A stretch of DNA of 34,229 nt, taken from assembly GCA_029939655.1 (NCBI GenBank), contig JAOZSO010000001.1:1-34229 (forward strand), written 5' to 3'. The position numbers were made by a program, and so were the translations under genes. Positions 32,805 to 34,229 of the stretch are shown in pieces. Origin of the DNA: Desulfobacterales bacterium. GTDB taxonomy: Bacteria; Desulfobacterota; Desulfobacteria; Desulfobacterales; B30-G6. The stretch's first letter is position 1, and the number at the start of each line of letters is the position of its first letter. The notes under the pieces are model-generated. The model saw only the letters and a list, made by a program, of their open reading frames with translations, made no database searches and was not told the DNA's origin.

Positions 32805-34229
32805 CTAAAAAGTGCTTCCTGCTCGATGGATTTCAATCAGCTCGCCGAAGTCGTTCAAAGATTTTTCTATGCATTCCAACAATAGTGTGGTCTCACGAGT
32901 TTTACTGGTAGCATTCACGACGATGTGATTCTCATGGATAACGTAACCAAGTCCGTAACCCTCAGGGTCCACTGGCCCGAAACCAACTAAGCCAATGGAC
33001 GGCGAACGCAGACCGCTGGTAGAGAGTATGACTCGGTCCAGAATCTCGGCGGTAGCACCAGCGCGGAACAGTGGATGTTCTCGGCCGCTGAGTTCCGACA
33101 AGGTCCGGAGTGCAAACAGATGGCGATCAAAACCCTGGCCGCTACTGCAATCCTTTATCAGTTGAACGTGTCGGTGGGCTGCCAGGTCCAACAACGCCCA
33201 TTGATCAGACCGGGATGCGGCATTGTCAAAACCGGTGACCAGTTCGAGAGATTCAGGTGTTACCGTCCGGATAGCACTTCCGCGCCCGAACTTGTATTTG
33301 CGGGTATTGACCGATTCATAGGCGCTGTACAATCTATCAAAACGGCGAAAACAGCCCATCTGAAAGGCAAGTTGTAAAATTACATCTGGGCTGAAACCGT
33401 TGCCTGCGATATGGTTCTTACCGAAACGTTTGTACGATAGCACACGGGTTTCATTTTCCCCGATCAGCGTATCTACATCTGTTTCGGCTGTGCGGATAGC
33501 CGATATGATAGTCGGTGGCAACCGCCAATGAATCTCTTCAACATTTTTGCTATTGAAGAGTTCAGTTGATCCGGTAGAAGGATCATCGGCCAAATCATGG
33601 CTAAGTCCAGTATGGATTTCATCAATGAAGCGCACGGCAGTGAGACCGTCCACAAGGGTGTGCTCGGTGTTGACACCAAAGGATCCGTCAGCGGCCAGAA
33701 TGACCTGAATTGGTTTGTCGAACCAGCGGTTGCGGCCGTCGCCGTGCAGCACCATTCTAGAAAGCTCCGCCAGATCCCGTGGTGCCGATTCTTCGAGGCA
33801 CAGAACAAACAGGGCACTATCAACTAGAGATAAAGAATCCTGGTTGAGAACATCAAAGGCAGCCAAACAGCTGCGCCAGACAGCCCAATCGGTGCGGTTA
33901 GCGCTGGTCATCACCCCAACCGACCCGATCGAAGAGTCTTTTAATGTCGGGCTATCGGCGACATCAATGATCCATTGCAATGCGTTTTCCAATTCCGCTT
34001 GCGGCAAGGGTTGCCCGTGCACATCAAGGATATTCAAACGAAAAAACCGATTACGGTGTAAAACGACGATGTGGCGTGTAAGCGCAAAAGTGACAAATTG
34101 ATCCATTCGAATGTGAGGAATCCGACCTGAGGAAAACATCGTCTTGTATTGGGACATGCACCGGGGCACATCCTTTTGCACGTCGGGCGGAAGGCGGTCC
34201 AGAACCTTGCCGACCCGCGTATTCAGTCG
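32805..34229 (-). CDS. Choline/carnitine O-acyltransferase family protein (PF00755-like); N-terminus lies outside the window
   Basis: Family motifs are present in order: CMSQYKTMFSSGRIP, NRWFDKPIQ, catalytic-His motif NTEHTLVDG, LSTSGL and FGPVDPEGYGLGY. The frame stays open to nt 34229, and the GTG at 34181 is internal. TAG stop. Confidence 0.8.
   Translation of the reverse strand, partial: RLNTRVGKVLDRLPPDVQKDVPRCMSQYKTMFSSGRIPHIRMDQFVTFALTRHIVVLHRNRFFRLNILDVHGQPLPQAELENALQWIIDVADSPTLKDSSIGSVGVMTSANRTDWAVWRSCLAAFDVLNQDSLSLVDSALFVLCLEESAPRDLAELSRMVLHGDGRNRWFDKPIQVILAADGSFGVNTEHTLVDGLTAVRFIDEIHTGLSHDLADDPSTGSTELFNSKNVEEIHWRLPPTIISAIRTAETDVDTLIGENETRVLSYKRFGKNHIAGNGFSPDVILQLAFQMGCFRRFDRLYSAYESVNTRKYKFGRGSAIRTVTPESLELVTGFDNAASRSDQWALLDLAAHRHVQLIKDCSSGQGFDRHLFALRTLSELSGREHPLFRAGATAEILDRVILSTSGLRSPSIGLVGFGPVDPEGYGLGYVIHENHIVVNATSKTRETTLLLECIEKSLNDFGELIEIHRAGSTF

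Overview
Bacterial chromosomal window. The gene content suggests an anaerobic, Desulfobacterota-like organism, but that is inference only.

**Left part (1-16.8 kb; about 53% G+C from hand counts of a few 60-nt lines)**
- proB, cut off at its 5' end by the window edge.
- A secreted hypothetical protein and a DUF4143-type AAA ATPase.
- An acyl-CoA dehydrogenase, an AtuA-like protein and a thiolase.
- A glycine-cleavage and lipoylation cluster: GcvT fused to an SHMT-like domain, then gcvH, gcvPA, gcvPB, lipB and lipA.
- The intergenic spaces here hold at least five copies of a composite repeat. Its most striking module is an 18-bp tandem array in which each unit carries a covarying 4-bp-stem mini-hairpin.

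**Middle part (16.8-31.9 kb; visibly lower G+C, about 40-48% by the same rough counts)**
- Every gene is on the minus strand.
- Transcription order: a PAS/sigma-54 enhancer-binding regulator; a textbook -24/-12 promoter; an IlvD-family dehydratase; a small hypothetical; a tungsten-type aldehyde:ferredoxin oxidoreductase; a class-III aminotransferase; a Tat-signal family-5 solute-binding protein; a terminator hairpin; then a corrinoid methyltransferase module.
- The main result is in that module. The four fragment ORFs at 19848-22702 are really two genes, mttB (trimethylamine methyltransferase) and mtbB (dimethylamine methyltransferase).
- Each of the two is interrupted by a single in-frame TAG at exactly the position where these families encode pyrrolysine.
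- They are followed by a DxHxxG corrinoid protein and a third, non-Pyl MttB-family paralogue.
- No pylT or pylSBCD, no MT2 methyltransferase and no reductive activase is visible in the window.

**Right edge (31.9-34.2 kb)**
- An alpha/beta hydrolase.
- A eukaryote-type choline/carnitine O-acyltransferase homologue that runs off the window.

All functional assignments come from motif and family recognition by eye. No database search was run.
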